This document shows, in pieces, positions 51,344 through 61,193 of a DNA stretch of 64,000 nt. The notes beneath the pieces were generated by a model. The model was not told the origin of the DNA. It saw nothing but the letters and a program-made list of their open reading frames with translations, and searched no databases. The translations under genes were made by a program, and so were the position numbers. This DNA comes from an uncultured Acidobacteriota bacterium. GTDB taxonomy: Bacteria; Acidobacteriota; Vicinamibacteria; Vicinamibacterales; CAVVIG01. Numbering within the stretch: the first letter of the stretch is position 1; each line of letters begins with the position of its first letter. Where the stretch lies: positions 770,278 through 834,277 of the forward strand of contig CAWBXO010000004.1 in NCBI GenBank assembly GCA_963792785.1, read 5' to 3'.

Positions 51344-53773
51344 TCAGGCGTCCCGGAGGGCGTCGGCGGGATCGATCCGCGTCGCGCGCCGGGCGGGCAG
51401 GTAGCAGGCGGCGGCGGAGACCACGAGCAGCAGGACCGTCGCCCCCACGAGGACGCCCGCATCCCGGGGAGCCACGCCGAAGAGCTGGCTCTGGAGGAAC
51501 CGGGTGAGGGCGAGCGCGCCCCCGAGGCCGAGGAGGATGCCCCCTGCCGCCGTGCGCAGGCCCTGGGAGAGGACGAGAGCGAGGATCGCACGGCGGTCCG
51601 CCCCGAGCGCCTGCCGGACGCCCAGCTCCCGCCCACGCTGCGAGACGCCGAAGGCGAGCACGCCATAGGTGCCGACAGCCGCGAGCAGGAGCGCCACGAG
51701 CCCGAACAGCGCCAGGAGCACCATCGGCGCCCGCCGTGTCTCGAGCGACCGGGCCATCCAGTCGTCCATGGTCCGCACGGTGGCCAGCGGCTCCTCGGGG
51801 TCGATCTGCTGCACCGCGTCGCGCACCTGCGAGACGAGGGCGCCGGGCTCGATGGCCGTTTTCAGCACGAGCGACAGCATCGGCTGGCGGGCCTGCGCGA
51901 CCGGGTAGTAGATCCGCTCCTTGTCGACGGGCTGGCCGAGGTCGATCGCATTCACCGTGCCGACGACGCCGACGATGGTGAACGGCGGGCTGTCGGGCCC
52001 GCCGCGGCGGATCTGCCGGCCAATCGGATCGGTGTCCGGGAAGTAGCGCTTCACGAGGTATTCGTCGATCACCACGACGGGCGGGCTGTCGGGGCCGTCG
52101 CGGTCGTCGAACACACGCCCCGCGACGAGCGGAATCTGCATCGCGCGGAAGTACTCGCCGCCGACCACCTCCTGGCGCCCGTGCGGCATGGGCTCGCCCG
52201 GGCCGGGCGTGTAGCCGACGATCGTGTAGGACCCGGAGCCGACGTTGCCGCTGAGCGGAATGTTCGACGTGAGGCCGGCGGCCGTCACGCCGGGCAGCGT
52301 GCGCGTCGCCTCGAGCAGCCGCGCCCAGAACGCGCCGCGCGCGGCCGGCGTCGGGTACGTCGCCTCGGGCAGCGCGAGCGTCGCCGTGAGCACGTGGTCG
52401 GGCGAGAACCCGGGATCCACGCCGCGCAGCTCCGCGAAGCTCTTGATGAGCAGGCCCGCGCCGGCCAGCAGCATGAACGCGACCGCCGTCTCCGCCACGA
52501 CGAGCGCCGTCCGCGCTCGCGTCGATCCCTTCCCGGCCGTGCCCCGGCTCCCGCCGTCCTCCTTGAGGAAGGCGGCCGCGTCGCCGCGCATCACGGCGAC
52601 CGCCGGCACGAGCCCGAACACGAGGCCGGTCGCCACGGCGATCGCGACCGTGAACACCACGACGGGCAGCTGCAATGACGCCGTCACGGGCGCCGGCATC
52701 TGGCTGCCGGCGAGCGCGACCAGCGCGCGGACGCCGGCCAGGCCGAGGCCCAGCCCGATCGCCGCGCCCGCCGTGGAGAGCACGAGGCTCTCGGTCATCA
52801 GCTGGCGCGCCAGACGCCCGGCGCCGGCGCCGAGCGTCGAGCGAATCGCCAGCTCGCGCTGCCGCGCGGACACGCGCATCAGCAGCAGGTTCGCGACGTT
52901 CGCGCACGCGATCAGGAGCACGAGCAGCACGCCCGCCTGCAGCAGCAGCAGGGGCGCCCGCACGTTGCCCACCAGCTGCTCGCGGATCGGCACCGCGTAG
53001 CCCCCGAAGCCGGCCGACTCGGCGAACGCCCGCCGCTCGGGCAGCCGCTCGAGGTTGCGCGCGACGATGGCCGCCATCTCGCCGTCGACGGCGTCGATGG
53101 TCGCGCCCGGGCGCAGCCGCGCGATCATGTTGCTGAACTCGTTGCCGCGCCCCTGGTCGGACATCTGCGCCGGCGTGAACGAGAACGGCACGAGCAGCGA
53201 CACATCCGCCACCGGCAGTTCGAATCCGGCGGGCAGCACACCGACGACGTCGTAGGCCTCCCCGTTCAGCCGGATCTCCCGGCCGACGAGGCCGGGGTCG
53301 GCGGCGAACCGCGTCCGCCAGAACCCCGCCGTGAGGATCGCGACGTGATCAGTGCCGGGCTGCGCGTCCGGGCCGGTGAACGCGCGTCCGAGGGCCGGCT
53401 GCAGCTGGAAGGTGCTGAAAAACGACGGCGTGACCCGGAGGACCCGGAGCTGTTCGGGACGCCCGTCGCCCGCGAGATTCAGGCGGGTCGACGTCACGAG
53501 CGTGGCGTCCTCGATCGACGGCGCCTGCTGGATCCGGTCCAGGTAGTCGGGAATCGAGACCGCCGCCGTCGGCAGGCCCATCTTGGGATAGGTGTTCCAG
53601 ACGAAGGCGAGGCGGTCGGCGTCCTTGTAGGGCAGCGGCCGCAGCAGGAGCTGGTACAGCAGGCTGAAGATGGCGATGTTGCCCCCGATGCCCAGGGCCA
53701 GCGTGGCGAGCGAGACCAGGGTGAAGACCGGCTGGCGGCGCAAGCCGCGCACGGCGTAGCGGATGTCCTGCAT
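51344..53773 (-). CDS. ADOP-family duplicated orphan permease, copy 2
   Basis: 809 aa. MQDIRYAVRGLRRQPVFT ... ARRATRIDPADALRDA. Confidence 0.9.
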   Translation of the reverse strand: MQDIRYAVRGLRRQPVFTLVSLATLALGIGGNIAIFSLLYQLLLRPLPYKDADRLAFVWNTYPKMGLPTAAVSIPDYLDRIQQAPSIEDATLVTSTRLNLAGDGRPEQLRVLRVTPSFFSTFQLQPALGRAFTGPDAQPGTDHVAILTAGFWRTRFAADPGLVGREIRLNGEAYDVVGVLPAGFELPVADVSLLVPFSFTPAQMSDQGRGNEFSNMIARLRPGATIDAVDGEMAAIVARNLERLPERRAFAESAGFGGYAVPIREQLVGNVRAPLLLLQAGVLLVLLIACANVANLLLMRVSARQRELAIRSTLGAGAGRLARQLMTESLVLSTAGAAIGLGLGLAGVRALVALAGSQMPAPVTASLQLPVVVFTVAIAVATGLVFGLVPAVAVMRGDAAAFLKEDGGSRGTAGKGSTRARTALVVAETAVAFMLLAGAGLLIKSFAELRGVDPGFSPDHVLTATLALPEATYPTPAARGAFWARLLEATRTLPGVTAAGLTSNIPLSGNVGSGSYTIVGYTPGPGEPMPHGRQEVVGGEYFRAMQIPLVAGRVFDDRDGPDSPPVVVIDEYLVKRYFPDTDPIGRQIRRGGPDSPPFTIVGVVGTVNAIDLGQPVDKERIYYPVAQARQPMLSLVLKTAIEPGALVSQVRDAVQQIDPEEPLATVRTMDDWMARSLETRRAPMVLLALFGLVALLLAAVGTYGVLAFGVSQRGRELGVRQALGADRRAILALVLSQGLRTAAGGILLGLGGALALTRFLQSQLFGVAPRDAGVLVGATVLLLVVSAAACYLPARRATRIDPADALRDA

Positions 53774-53803
53774 GAGCGTGACAACCTCGGCGCGCGGGAA
53801 ACG

Positions 53804-54877
53804 TTACAGGCAGGCGCGGGCGAAGGCGCCGAGGCTGCCGAGTTCGGTCGTCAGGCCGCCCAACCGGCGGCCGTCCTGCTCCCCCCGCACCGCGCGAATG
53901 TACGTGCTCGAGGCGTCGAGCGGCAGCGCCGACACGTTGCCGCAGAACGCCTCCCACCGCCCGTCCTGGCGCAGGTACGGCTCGACGTTCGAGAGGTAGA
54001 ACACCGAGACCGGCGCGTCCCTCGCGCTGAGGAACGCCGCCACGCCCCGCAGCGCCGTCGGCCCGCCGAAGTCGCCGACGATCGGCACGATCAGGTTGCG
54101 CGCTTCCAGGTCTTTGACGAACTGGTACGAGGCGTCGTTCGCCAGAAAGCTGCGCGGACGGCCCTCGTCGTCGGTCGACGCGATCAGATCGGCGAAGGTC
54201 GGCTGGCTCGTCGTGGCGCCGCCCTCGCTGGAGGAATAGTGCAGGCCGGGACCGTAGCGCGCGAACGATCCGTAGATCTGCTCGATGCCGTCGAGCTCCT
54301 CCTGTGAAAGCGGCAGGTGGTGCGTCGAGACGAGCTGACCCTGGATCGCCGCGAGCGTGCGAGTGTACGTGTCGGTGTCCCGCGGCACACGTTCGAACGC
54401 CGCGAAGATCTGGCCAGGCGAGGCGCCGGGCGCGAGGCCGTCGGGCCGGGGGCGCGCGAAGAGCCGGGCGACGAAGTCCACGCGATCCGCCGACAGCTCG
54501 AAGAGCGCCTTGTACATCAGCTGCAGATCGCGATTGCCGCGGCGGATGTCGACGATGAACGCCAGCGACGGGCGGATGGCCGCGATGTAGGTGAAGTTCT
54601 GCTCAGGCCCGACGCCGAGGTAGACGCCGCCGGGCGCGATCGCGCGCTGCAGGCCGGGGACGACGGACTGATAGCCGGCTTCGTTCGAGACGAGGTTGTC
54701 GGATCGGAAGAAGCCGTTCGGCTCGGAGAGCGTGGTGGCGAGCTGCCAGAACTCGGCGTCGCTCAGCCGGTCGGGCAGCGCGGGCTCGCCGAGGCGTCCG
54801 GTCGAGGCCGGGCGGAACCACGCGAGGCACACCGCCATCGTCGCCGCGGCGACGAGCAGGGAGCGTCGTGTCAACAT
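53804..54877 (-). CDS. Conserved-looking hypothetical exported protein
   Basis: 357 aa with N-terminal signal RRSLLVAAATMAVCLA. No family recognised. Confidence 0.5.
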   Translation of the reverse strand: MLTRRSLLVAAATMAVCLAWFRPASTGRLGEPALPDRLSDAEFWQLATTLSEPNGFFRSDNLVSNEAGYQSVVPGLQRAIAPGGVYLGVGPEQNFTYIAAIRPSLAFIVDIRRGNRDLQLMYKALFELSADRVDFVARLFARPRPDGLAPGASPGQIFAAFERVPRDTDTYTRTLAAIQGQLVSTHHLPLSQEELDGIEQIYGSFARYGPGLHYSSSEGGATTSQPTFADLIASTDDEGRPRSFLANDASYQFVKDLEARNLIVPIVGDFGGPTALRGVAAFLSARDAPVSVFYLSNVEPYLRQDGRWEAFCGNVSALPLDASSTYIRAVRGEQDGRRLGGLTTELGSLGAFARACL

Positions 54878-54902
54878 CGCCTCGTCCGTCCCTGTGGCGC
54901 AT

Positions 54903-54908
54903 TATAAT
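54903..54908 (+). promoter_or_regulatory. Perfect TATAAT hexamer 8 nt before the bcp ATG (possible leaderless mRNA)
   Basis: The divergent spacer is 39 nt. There is no SD before the ATG at 54917 and no good -35 element. Confidence 0.3.
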
Positions 54909-54916
54909 CGCCGGTC

Positions 54917-55387
54917 ATGCCCCTCATCGACGCCGGCAAGAAAGCGCCCGCCTTCACCCTCGTGGATCAACACGGCAAGACCCATCGGCTCGCCGACTAC
55001 GCGGGCCGGCCGGTCGTGCTCTACTTTTACCCGAAGGACGACACGCCGGGCTGCACGCAGGAGTCGTGCGACTTCCAGGCCCGCCTGCCGAAGTTCCGAT
55101 CGGACAAGGCCGTGATCCTGGGCGTCAGCATCCTGGACGAGAAGAGCAAGGCGAAATTCGCCGACAAGCACGGCCTCACGTTCCCGCTGCTCGCCGACGC
55201 GGACCACGCCGTCGCGGAGAAATACGGCGTCTGGCAGAAGAAGTCGCTCTACGGCCGATCGTTCATGGGCATCGTGCGGACGACCTACCTCATCGGGCCT
55301 GACGGCAAGGTGGCGAGGCGCTGGGACGGTGTGAAGGTCACCGGCCACGCTGAAGAGGTGTTGGAGGCGCTGCGCGGCGATCGGTGA
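54917..55387 (+). CDS. bcp: Thioredoxin-dependent peroxiredoxin Bcp
   Basis: VVLYFYPKDDTPGCTQESC. Confidence 0.92.
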   Translation: MPLIDAGKKAPAFTLVDQHGKTHRLADYAGRPVVLYFYPKDDTPGCTQESCDFQARLPKFRSDKAVILGVSILDEKSKAKFADKHGLTFPLLADADHAVAEKYGVWQKKSLYGRSFMGIVRTTYLIGPDGKVARRWDGVKVTGHAEEVLEALRGDR

Positions 55388-55393
55388 AATGCA

Positions 55394-55915
55394 CTACCCC
55401 GAGGCCACTCGTGCCAGGGCCTCGCCGTCCAGCCGATACACCGTCCACTCGTCCATCGGCCGCGCACCGAGGCTGCGGTAGAAGCCGATCGCCGGTTCGT
55501 TCCAGTTCAGCACCGACCATTCCATCCGCCGGCAGTCGCGCTCGGCGGCCAGGCGCGCGACGTGCGTGAAGAGCCGCTTGCCGAACCCGCGCCCACGCCA
55601 CCGCTCGTCGACGAAGATGTCCTCGAGGTACATGCCGGGCCGGCCCCAGAAGGTCGAGAAGGAATGGAAGAACACGGCGAAGCCCACGGGCTCCCCGTCC
55701 GCGTAGCCGATCGCGGCCTCCGCGTACGCGCGTGGCCCGAAGAGCGTGTCGGCGAGGTCCGCCTCCGTGGCGACGACCTGGTGCGGCAGGCGCTCGTAGG
55801 CGGCCAGCGCCCGGATGAGCCGCAGCACCGCGGCTTCGTCGCCGGGCCGCGCCGGGCGAATCTCGAAGGTCACATCGCCGGCCATCGGCCGGAGTAAACC
55901 ATTTCGACCCGACAC
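55394..55915 (-). CDS. GNAT-family N-acetyltransferase
   Basis: GTG at 55915 is preceded by TAAGGAGGT. Carries the RGRGFGKRLF acetyl-CoA motif. Confidence 0.85.
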   Translation of the reverse strand: MSGRNGLLRPMAGDVTFEIRPARPGDEAAVLRLIRALAAYERLPHQVVATEADLADTLFGPRAYAEAAIGYADGEPVGFAVFFHSFSTFWGRPGMYLEDIFVDERWRGRGFGKRLFTHVARLAAERDCRRMEWSVLNWNEPAIGFYRSLGARPMDEWTVYRLDGEALARVASG

Positions 55916-55932
55916 TCGTCTACCTCCTTACC

Positions 55933-58432
55933 GTGCTCACCCTGAAGTTCGCCCTCAGGAGTTTCGCCCGCACGCCGTTCGTCACCGCCGTGGCCGTGGC
56001 CTCCCTGGCATTCGGGATCGGCGCGAACACGGCAATCTTCACGATCTTCAACCAGCTGCTGCTCCGGCCGATGCCGGTGGACGCCCCGGCCAGCCTCGTG
56101 AACCTGGGAGCCCCCGGACCCAAGCCGGGCTCCACGTCGTGCAACCAGGCGGGCGACTGCGATCAGGTGTTCAGCTACCCGATGTTCCGCGATCTCGAGC
56201 GCGAGCAGTCGGTGTTCACGGCCGTCGCGCTGCACCGCGCCTTCGGCGCGAACTTCGCGATCGACGGCCAGACGATCAACGGCGAGGCGCAGTTCGTCTC
56301 CGGCAGCTACTTCCCGATGCTCGGCCTCCACCCGGCGCTCGGACGGCTCCTCGGGCCTGCCGACGACCGCGCGCCGGGCGAGTCGCCCGTCGCCGTGATC
56401 AGCCACGCCTACTGGCAGACGCACCTCGCCGGCGATCCGGGTGTCGTCGGCCAGGCGCTCACCGTCAACGGCGAGCCGCTGACGATCGTCGGCGTGGCGC
56501 CGGCGGGCTTCGACGGCATGACGCTCGGGTCGCGCCCCTTCGCGTATGTCCCGGTCACGCTGAGCGACACGCTGGACCGCGCGCCGGGCCGGCTCGAGAA
56601 CCGGCGCTCCTACTGGGCCTATCTCTTCGCGCGGCTGAAGCCGGGCACGTCGCTCGAGCAGGCGCGCACGGCGATCAACGTGCCGTACCACGCGATCCTC
56701 GACAACGTCGAGGCCGGCCTCCAGACCGGGATGAGCGATCAGACGATGGAGCGCTTCCGCGCAAAGTCGATCCTCGTCTCGCCCGGTGCGCACGGCCAGA
56801 GCCAGATCAACACGGAGGCCGTCGCGCCGCTCACGCTGCTGCTCGGCGTCGCCGCGTTCGTGCTGCTCATCGCGTGCGCCAACGTGGCCAACCTGCTCCT
56901 CGCCCGCGCGGCCGCCCGGCAAACCGAAATCGCCGTGCGGCTCGCCATCGGCGCGAGCCGCTGGCAGCTCGTGCGGCAGCTCCTGTTCGAATCCTGCCTG
57001 CTGGCCCTGGCCGGCGGCGCCGCGGGCCTCGTGGTGGCGCGCTGGACGCTTCAGGGCATTCGCGCCATTCTCCCCCCCGAAGCCACGAGCACGATCCAGT
57101 TCACCATGGACTGGCGGGTGCTCGTCTTCGCCGCGGTCGTCGCCCTCGGCACGGGACTCCTCTTCGGCCTGTTCCCGGCGTGGCAGGGCACGCGGCCGGA
57201 TCTCATCGCCTCGATCAAGACGCAGGCGGGCCAGTCGTCCGGCGCGCGCGCGGCCGCGCGCTTCCGGTGGTTCCTCGCGACGGCCCAGATCGCGCTGTCG
57301 ATGGCCCTGCTCGTGTCGGCCGGCCTGTTCGTGAAAAGCCTGGTGAACGTGAGCCGCGTGGCGCTGGGCATCTCCACCGAGAACGTCGTGACGTTCGGGG
57401 TCTCGCCCGCGCTGAACGGCTATCCGCCCGAGCGCTCGCGCGCCCTGCTGACCGAATTGGAAGACCGCCTCGCCGGCATGCCCGGCGTCGACGGCGTCAC
57501 GGCCGCGCGCATCCCGGTCCTCGCCGGCAACAGCTGGGGCACCAGCGTGCGGGCGGAGGGCTTCGACGCGGGGCCAGACACCGACACCAGCTCGCGGCGG
57601 AATGAAGTCGGGCCGGGCTACTTCCACGTGATGGAGGTGCCGATCCTGGCCGGGCGCGAGTTCACCGACGCCGACGCCATCGGCGCGCCGAAGGTGGCCG
57701 TCGTCAACCAGGCGTTCGCGAAGAAGTTCGGCCTGGCCGATTCCGATCGGCCGACGCATCGCCCTCGGCCGCGAGGAGGGACAGCCGCTCGACATCGAGA
57801 TCGTCGGGCTCGTGCGCGACGCCAAGTACAACGACGTGAAGGAGGCCGCGCCGCCGCAGGTCTTCCAGCCCGCGCGCCAGGACGAGAGCCTCGGCTCGGC
57901 CTACTACTACATCCGGACAGCGGGCCGCGCCGAAGACTTCCTCGCCACCGTGCCGAAAGTGGTGTCGAGTGTCGACGCCACCCTGCCCGTGGAGGAGCTC
58001 CGGACGCTGCCGGACCAGGTGCGCGACAACATCTTCCTGGACCGGTTCATCACGATCATGTCGTCGGCGTTCGCCGGCCTGGCGACGCTGCTGGCGGCCA
58101 TCGGCCTCTACGGGGTGCTCGCCTACACGGTGGCCCAGCGCACGCGCGAGATCGGCGTCCGGATGGCCCTCGGCGCCGAGCCGTCACGCGTCCGGGCGAT
58201 GGTCCTCCGCCAGGTGGGGATGATGACCGCCGTCGGCGGCGCGGTGGGCCTGGCCGCCGCCATCGGGATCGGGCGGCTGGCGGGGTCCCTCCTCTACGAG
58301 CTCGATGGCTCGGACCCGATCGTCCTCACGTCGGCGGCCGTGGCGCTCGCTCTCGTGGCCCTCGCCGCCGGCTACGTGCCGGCCCTGCGCGCGTCGCGCG
58401 TGGACCCGATGCGCGCGCTCCGTTACGAATAA
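55933..58432 (+). CDS. ADOP-family duplicated orphan permease, copy 3, with an apparent frame break near 57738-57746
   Basis: LKFALRSFARTPFVT...FGIGANTAIFT runs through KKFGLADS in frame 1. IGRRIALGREEGQPLDIEIVGLVRDAKYNDV ... RVDPMRALRYE is in the next frame. Length minus 1 nt is divisible by 3. Confidence 0.85.
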
Positions 58433-58510
58433 CGACACTTAGCTTTTCTTTACGATCTTTTCACTGCAAGACAACTGGAGCGCCGGACCCAAAGCCGCGA
58501 CACTCCGCCC

Positions 58511-59077
58511 ATGCACGCACGCGGGTGCGGCGGCCGGCTGGCAGCGAGTGGACTCGCGATGGCCTTCGCCTGCCTCCCCGCTGTGATCTCCGCCGCCGGC
58601 GAGTCCGAACTCGTCAGCCACGACTCGCACATCCGCACCACCGACCGGCAATTGCGCGCGGCGCTCGACGATGGCATCGCTCACTCGGGCACGTTTCAGG
58701 GGCTCGTCACCCACCTCGAAGCGTCCGACGTCGTCGTGTTCGTGGTGTACGACCGCAAGCCGGGGCAGAACCTCGCGTCGAAGATCTCGTTCGTGTCGGC
58801 GGCGGGCGGGCGGCGGTACCTGACGATCGGCCTGATGACGCGGCTGCCGCGGGTGCGGCAGGTGTCGATCCTCGCGCACGAGCTGCAGCACGCCGTGGAG
58901 ATCGCCGACGCGCCGGCGGTGGTGAGTACCGCGTCGATGGCGCGCTACTACGCGGGGCTGAAGTACGCGGGCGTCCTGGACGCCAACGTCGATCACCGCT
59001 TCGAAAGCCGCGCGGCCATCACGGTCGAGGAGACCGTGGCGCGCGAGATGCGGCCGTTCGTGCGCAAGGCCGACTAG
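58511..59077 (+). CDS. Hypothetical exported protein with an HExxH motif (ILAHELQHAVEI)
   Basis: 188-aa ORF with a signal-like N-terminus. It is preceded by an unusually AT-rich 78-nt spacer. Confidence 0.5.
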   Translation: MHARGCGGRLAASGLAMAFACLPAVISAAGESELVSHDSHIRTTDRQLRAALDDGIAHSGTFQGLVTHLEASDVVVFVVYDRKPGQNLASKISFVSAAGGRRYLTIGLMTRLPRVRQVSILAHELQHAVEIADAPAVVSTASMARYYAGLKYAGVLDANVDHRFESRAAITVEETVAREMRPFVRKAD

Positions 59078-59101
59078 CGGCACTCGCCGCGCGCGCCGCC
59101 G

Positions 59102-59884
59102 TCAGTTGAGATCGCGCGACAGGATCAGCTTCAACTGCAGGTTGTCCGACCCGTCGGTCAGCCCGAAGCCGATGCCCGCCTCCCAGTCGAAGAACCCGCC
59201 GGAGCGATCGACCACGCCGAAGATCTGGTGCGACTGCTCGCTCTTCGGCGCGAAGTCGTGCAGCGGCCCGTACTCGGCGTACTCCTCCAGCGCCACGGCC
59301 CATTCCGGCGACGCGTTGTAGGCGACGCGGATCGATGGCGCGAACACCAGGTTCTTCAGGCCGTCGTAGGACGTATCCAGGATCGGATTGACGATCACGT
59401 CCACCGGGTGCAGGTGCCAGCCGAGGATCGGGCGAATCTCCGACGTGATGCGCTTCTCGTCCCAGTGCTTCGAGTTCACGCTGAACTCGAAGTTCACGCC
59501 GTAGACGAACCGGCGGTCGTCGCCGTTCGGCACCGCGAAGAGCGCGCGCAGCTTGAACCCGTCGATCAGGGCGCCCTGGTCCGCGTCGATGCTGTAGAGC
59601 GGCATGTACAGGCCCGCCTCGAACCAGTTCGTGACCCCCAGCGCCCATTCCGGCACGCCGTTCAGCGAGTGGTGCGAGACCACGGCGCCGGGGAATGCCG
59701 GATCCTTGATGCCATCGGGCGTGAAGTTGTTGTGCAGCGTCAGGTTGAACGTCCCGACCGGGGCCAGTCCGCCGTCGTACACCTGGATTTCGTCGCCCTG
59801 CGCGTGCGCGAGCGCCGGGGCGAGCCCGAGCGTCAGGACCACAGCGGCGATGCGTCCACAGAATCGAAGCGTGCGTGTGTGCAT
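59102..59884 (-). CDS. Outer-membrane beta-barrel protein (MetA-pathway/transporter-like)
   Basis: Signal MHTRTLRFCGRIAAVVLTLGLAPALAHAQ. Alternating beta-strand pattern with an aromatic-rich C-terminus. Confidence 0.7.
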   Translation of the reverse strand: MHTRTLRFCGRIAAVVLTLGLAPALAHAQGDEIQVYDGGLAPVGTFNLTLHNNFTPDGIKDPAFPGAVVSHHSLNGVPEWALGVTNWFEAGLYMPLYSIDADQGALIDGFKLRALFAVPNGDDRRFVYGVNFEFSVNSKHWDEKRITSEIRPILGWHLHPVDVIVNPILDTSYDGLKNLVFAPSIRVAYNASPEWAVALEEYAEYGPLHDFAPKSEQSHQIFGVVDRSGGFFDWEAGIGFGLTDGSDNLQLKLILSRDLN

Positions 59885-59915
59885 AGCCGCAAATCCTACC
59901 GCAAACCCGTGACCC

Positions 59916-60013
59916 GACCCACCCGACCCACCCGACCCACCCGACCCACCCGACCTACCCGACCTACCCGACCTACCCGACCTACCCGACCTACCCGCCC
60001 CACCCGCCCTACC
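59916..60013. repeat. 11 x 9-nt tandem array upstream of the outer-membrane protein gene
   Basis: Plus strand reads GACCCACCC x4, GACCTACCC x5, GCCCCACCC, GCCCTACC. The sense strand reads (GGGTAGGTC)5(GGGTGGGTC)4. The last unit overlaps the stop codon of the upstream gene. Confidence 0.95.
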
Positions 60014-60569
60014 GCGGCCACAGCCAGCCAAAGACGCCCGCCGTCAGCAGCCCGTAGAGCAGGCCGTCGATCATCGACTTGAAAGTCGTCGCCCAGCTCT
60101 TGCCGTACCAGATCGACTGCTGCGGCAGCGCAAGCGCGTACGCGATGAAGGCCGTGGTCCCGGCGAAGCGGAACACCTGGAGATAGTCGGTACCGGCGGG
60201 GACGGCCCGGCTGGCGACGTAGGCCGCGAGCACCGACACCACCAGGGAATAGACGAACCACATCACGAGGTTCTTGCCCATCGCCACCGGCCCTGCCGCG
60301 CGGACGGTCATGTAGACGACCGGCCCCTTCGTCATCTTCTCGGCGAATTCTTTCGATCGCATCTGCTCCATCGAGCCGGGCTGCGGCAGCGCGTAGTCGC
60401 CCGGGGGAATCTCGAACGGACGGATCGCGTCCTGCAGCTCGCCTTCGCGGGGCGCGCGGCGCCAGTCGCCCCGATGGAACGGCGTCATCATGTGGATGAG
60501 GGAGCTCGCCACGAAGACGAGCACGGCCGACAGCACGATCGGAATCACGAGCGACGTCAATGCAACCAT
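60009..60569 (-). CDS. Hypothetical integral membrane protein
   Basis: ATG at 60569 after GGAAGGAG. Four hydrophobic helices. Confidence 0.6.
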   Translation of the reverse strand: MVALTSLVIPIVLSAVLVFVASSLIHMMTPFHRGDWRRAPREGELQDAIRPFEIPPGDYALPQPGSMEQMRSKEFAEKMTKGPVVYMTVRAAGPVAMGKNLVMWFVYSLVVSVLAAYVASRAVPAGTDYLQVFRFAGTTAFIAYALALPQQSIWYGKSWATTFKSMIDGLLYGLLTAGVFGWLWPR

Positions 60570-60702
60570 GTTCGTGGCTCCTTCCATCACTGGCGGCGGG
60601 GCCCCACCCCCGCCGCGAACTGACGCCGATGCTCGCCCTCGGATCTCCATGTCCTCGGGCTCGCATGGCCGCAGGCGCAGGCATCTCCTATGGCGACAGA
60701 GC

Positions 60703-61176
60703 CTATCCGCCAGGCCGGCGCTGATTGATCGCGCGCGTCAGCGCGTCCGGCTCGTCCGTGCCGATGCGGAATCGCGATCCGTCCGTCAGCACCAGCTCGA
60801 CGGCCGACAGGCCGTACACGCCGTACATGATGCCGCCGGGAATCACCCGCACGCCCCAACCGTGCCACCAGCGGTTGCGGACGGGCGTGACGCTCACGAC
60901 GTCCGTCAGGGGAATCCGCCGTTTGATCAACCCGATGCCGAGCCGAGCCGACACGTGCGTCGCGTCCACGGTCACGGTCAGAACCGAGAACAGCAGGAGC
61001 GCCGTCACGGCAATCACGAGAATGGCCGTCGGCGCCGCCGAGCCGGCGCCCAGCACGGCAGTGGTGACGCCGAAGATGACCGCGGCAAGGCCCACGTTCA
61101 CCCAGCCGTATTGCGTATGACGGTACGGGGTCATGGCCGACGCGGACGGCAGGTGGTCTTTCCGTGGTTCGACCAT
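60703..61176 (-). CDS. Hypothetical membrane protein
   Basis: 157 aa with two TM helices followed by a small soluble domain. Confidence 0.5.
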   Translation of the reverse strand: MVEPRKDHLPSASAMTPYRHTQYGWVNVGLAAVIFGVTTAVLGAGSAAPTAILVIAVTALLLFSVLTVTVDATHVSARLGIGLIKRRIPLTDVVSVTPVRNRWWHGWGVRVIPGGIMYGVYGLSAVELVLTDGSRFRIGTDEPDALTRAINQRRPGG

Positions 61177-61193
61177 AGGCCCGATACCATACC

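Noticed and set aside
49424-60013. Possibility that the tandem arrays are CRISPR or minisatellite coding repeats.
   Set aside because: The units are 7-9 nt and directly abutting with no spacers. No cas genes are present, and the arrays lie outside the supported coding frames.
59885-60031. N-terminal extension of the outer-membrane protein ORF encoding GRSGRSGRS...GGSGGSGGS.
   Set aside because: It is simply the 9-nt array translated. A proper signal peptide begins at the Met at 59884.
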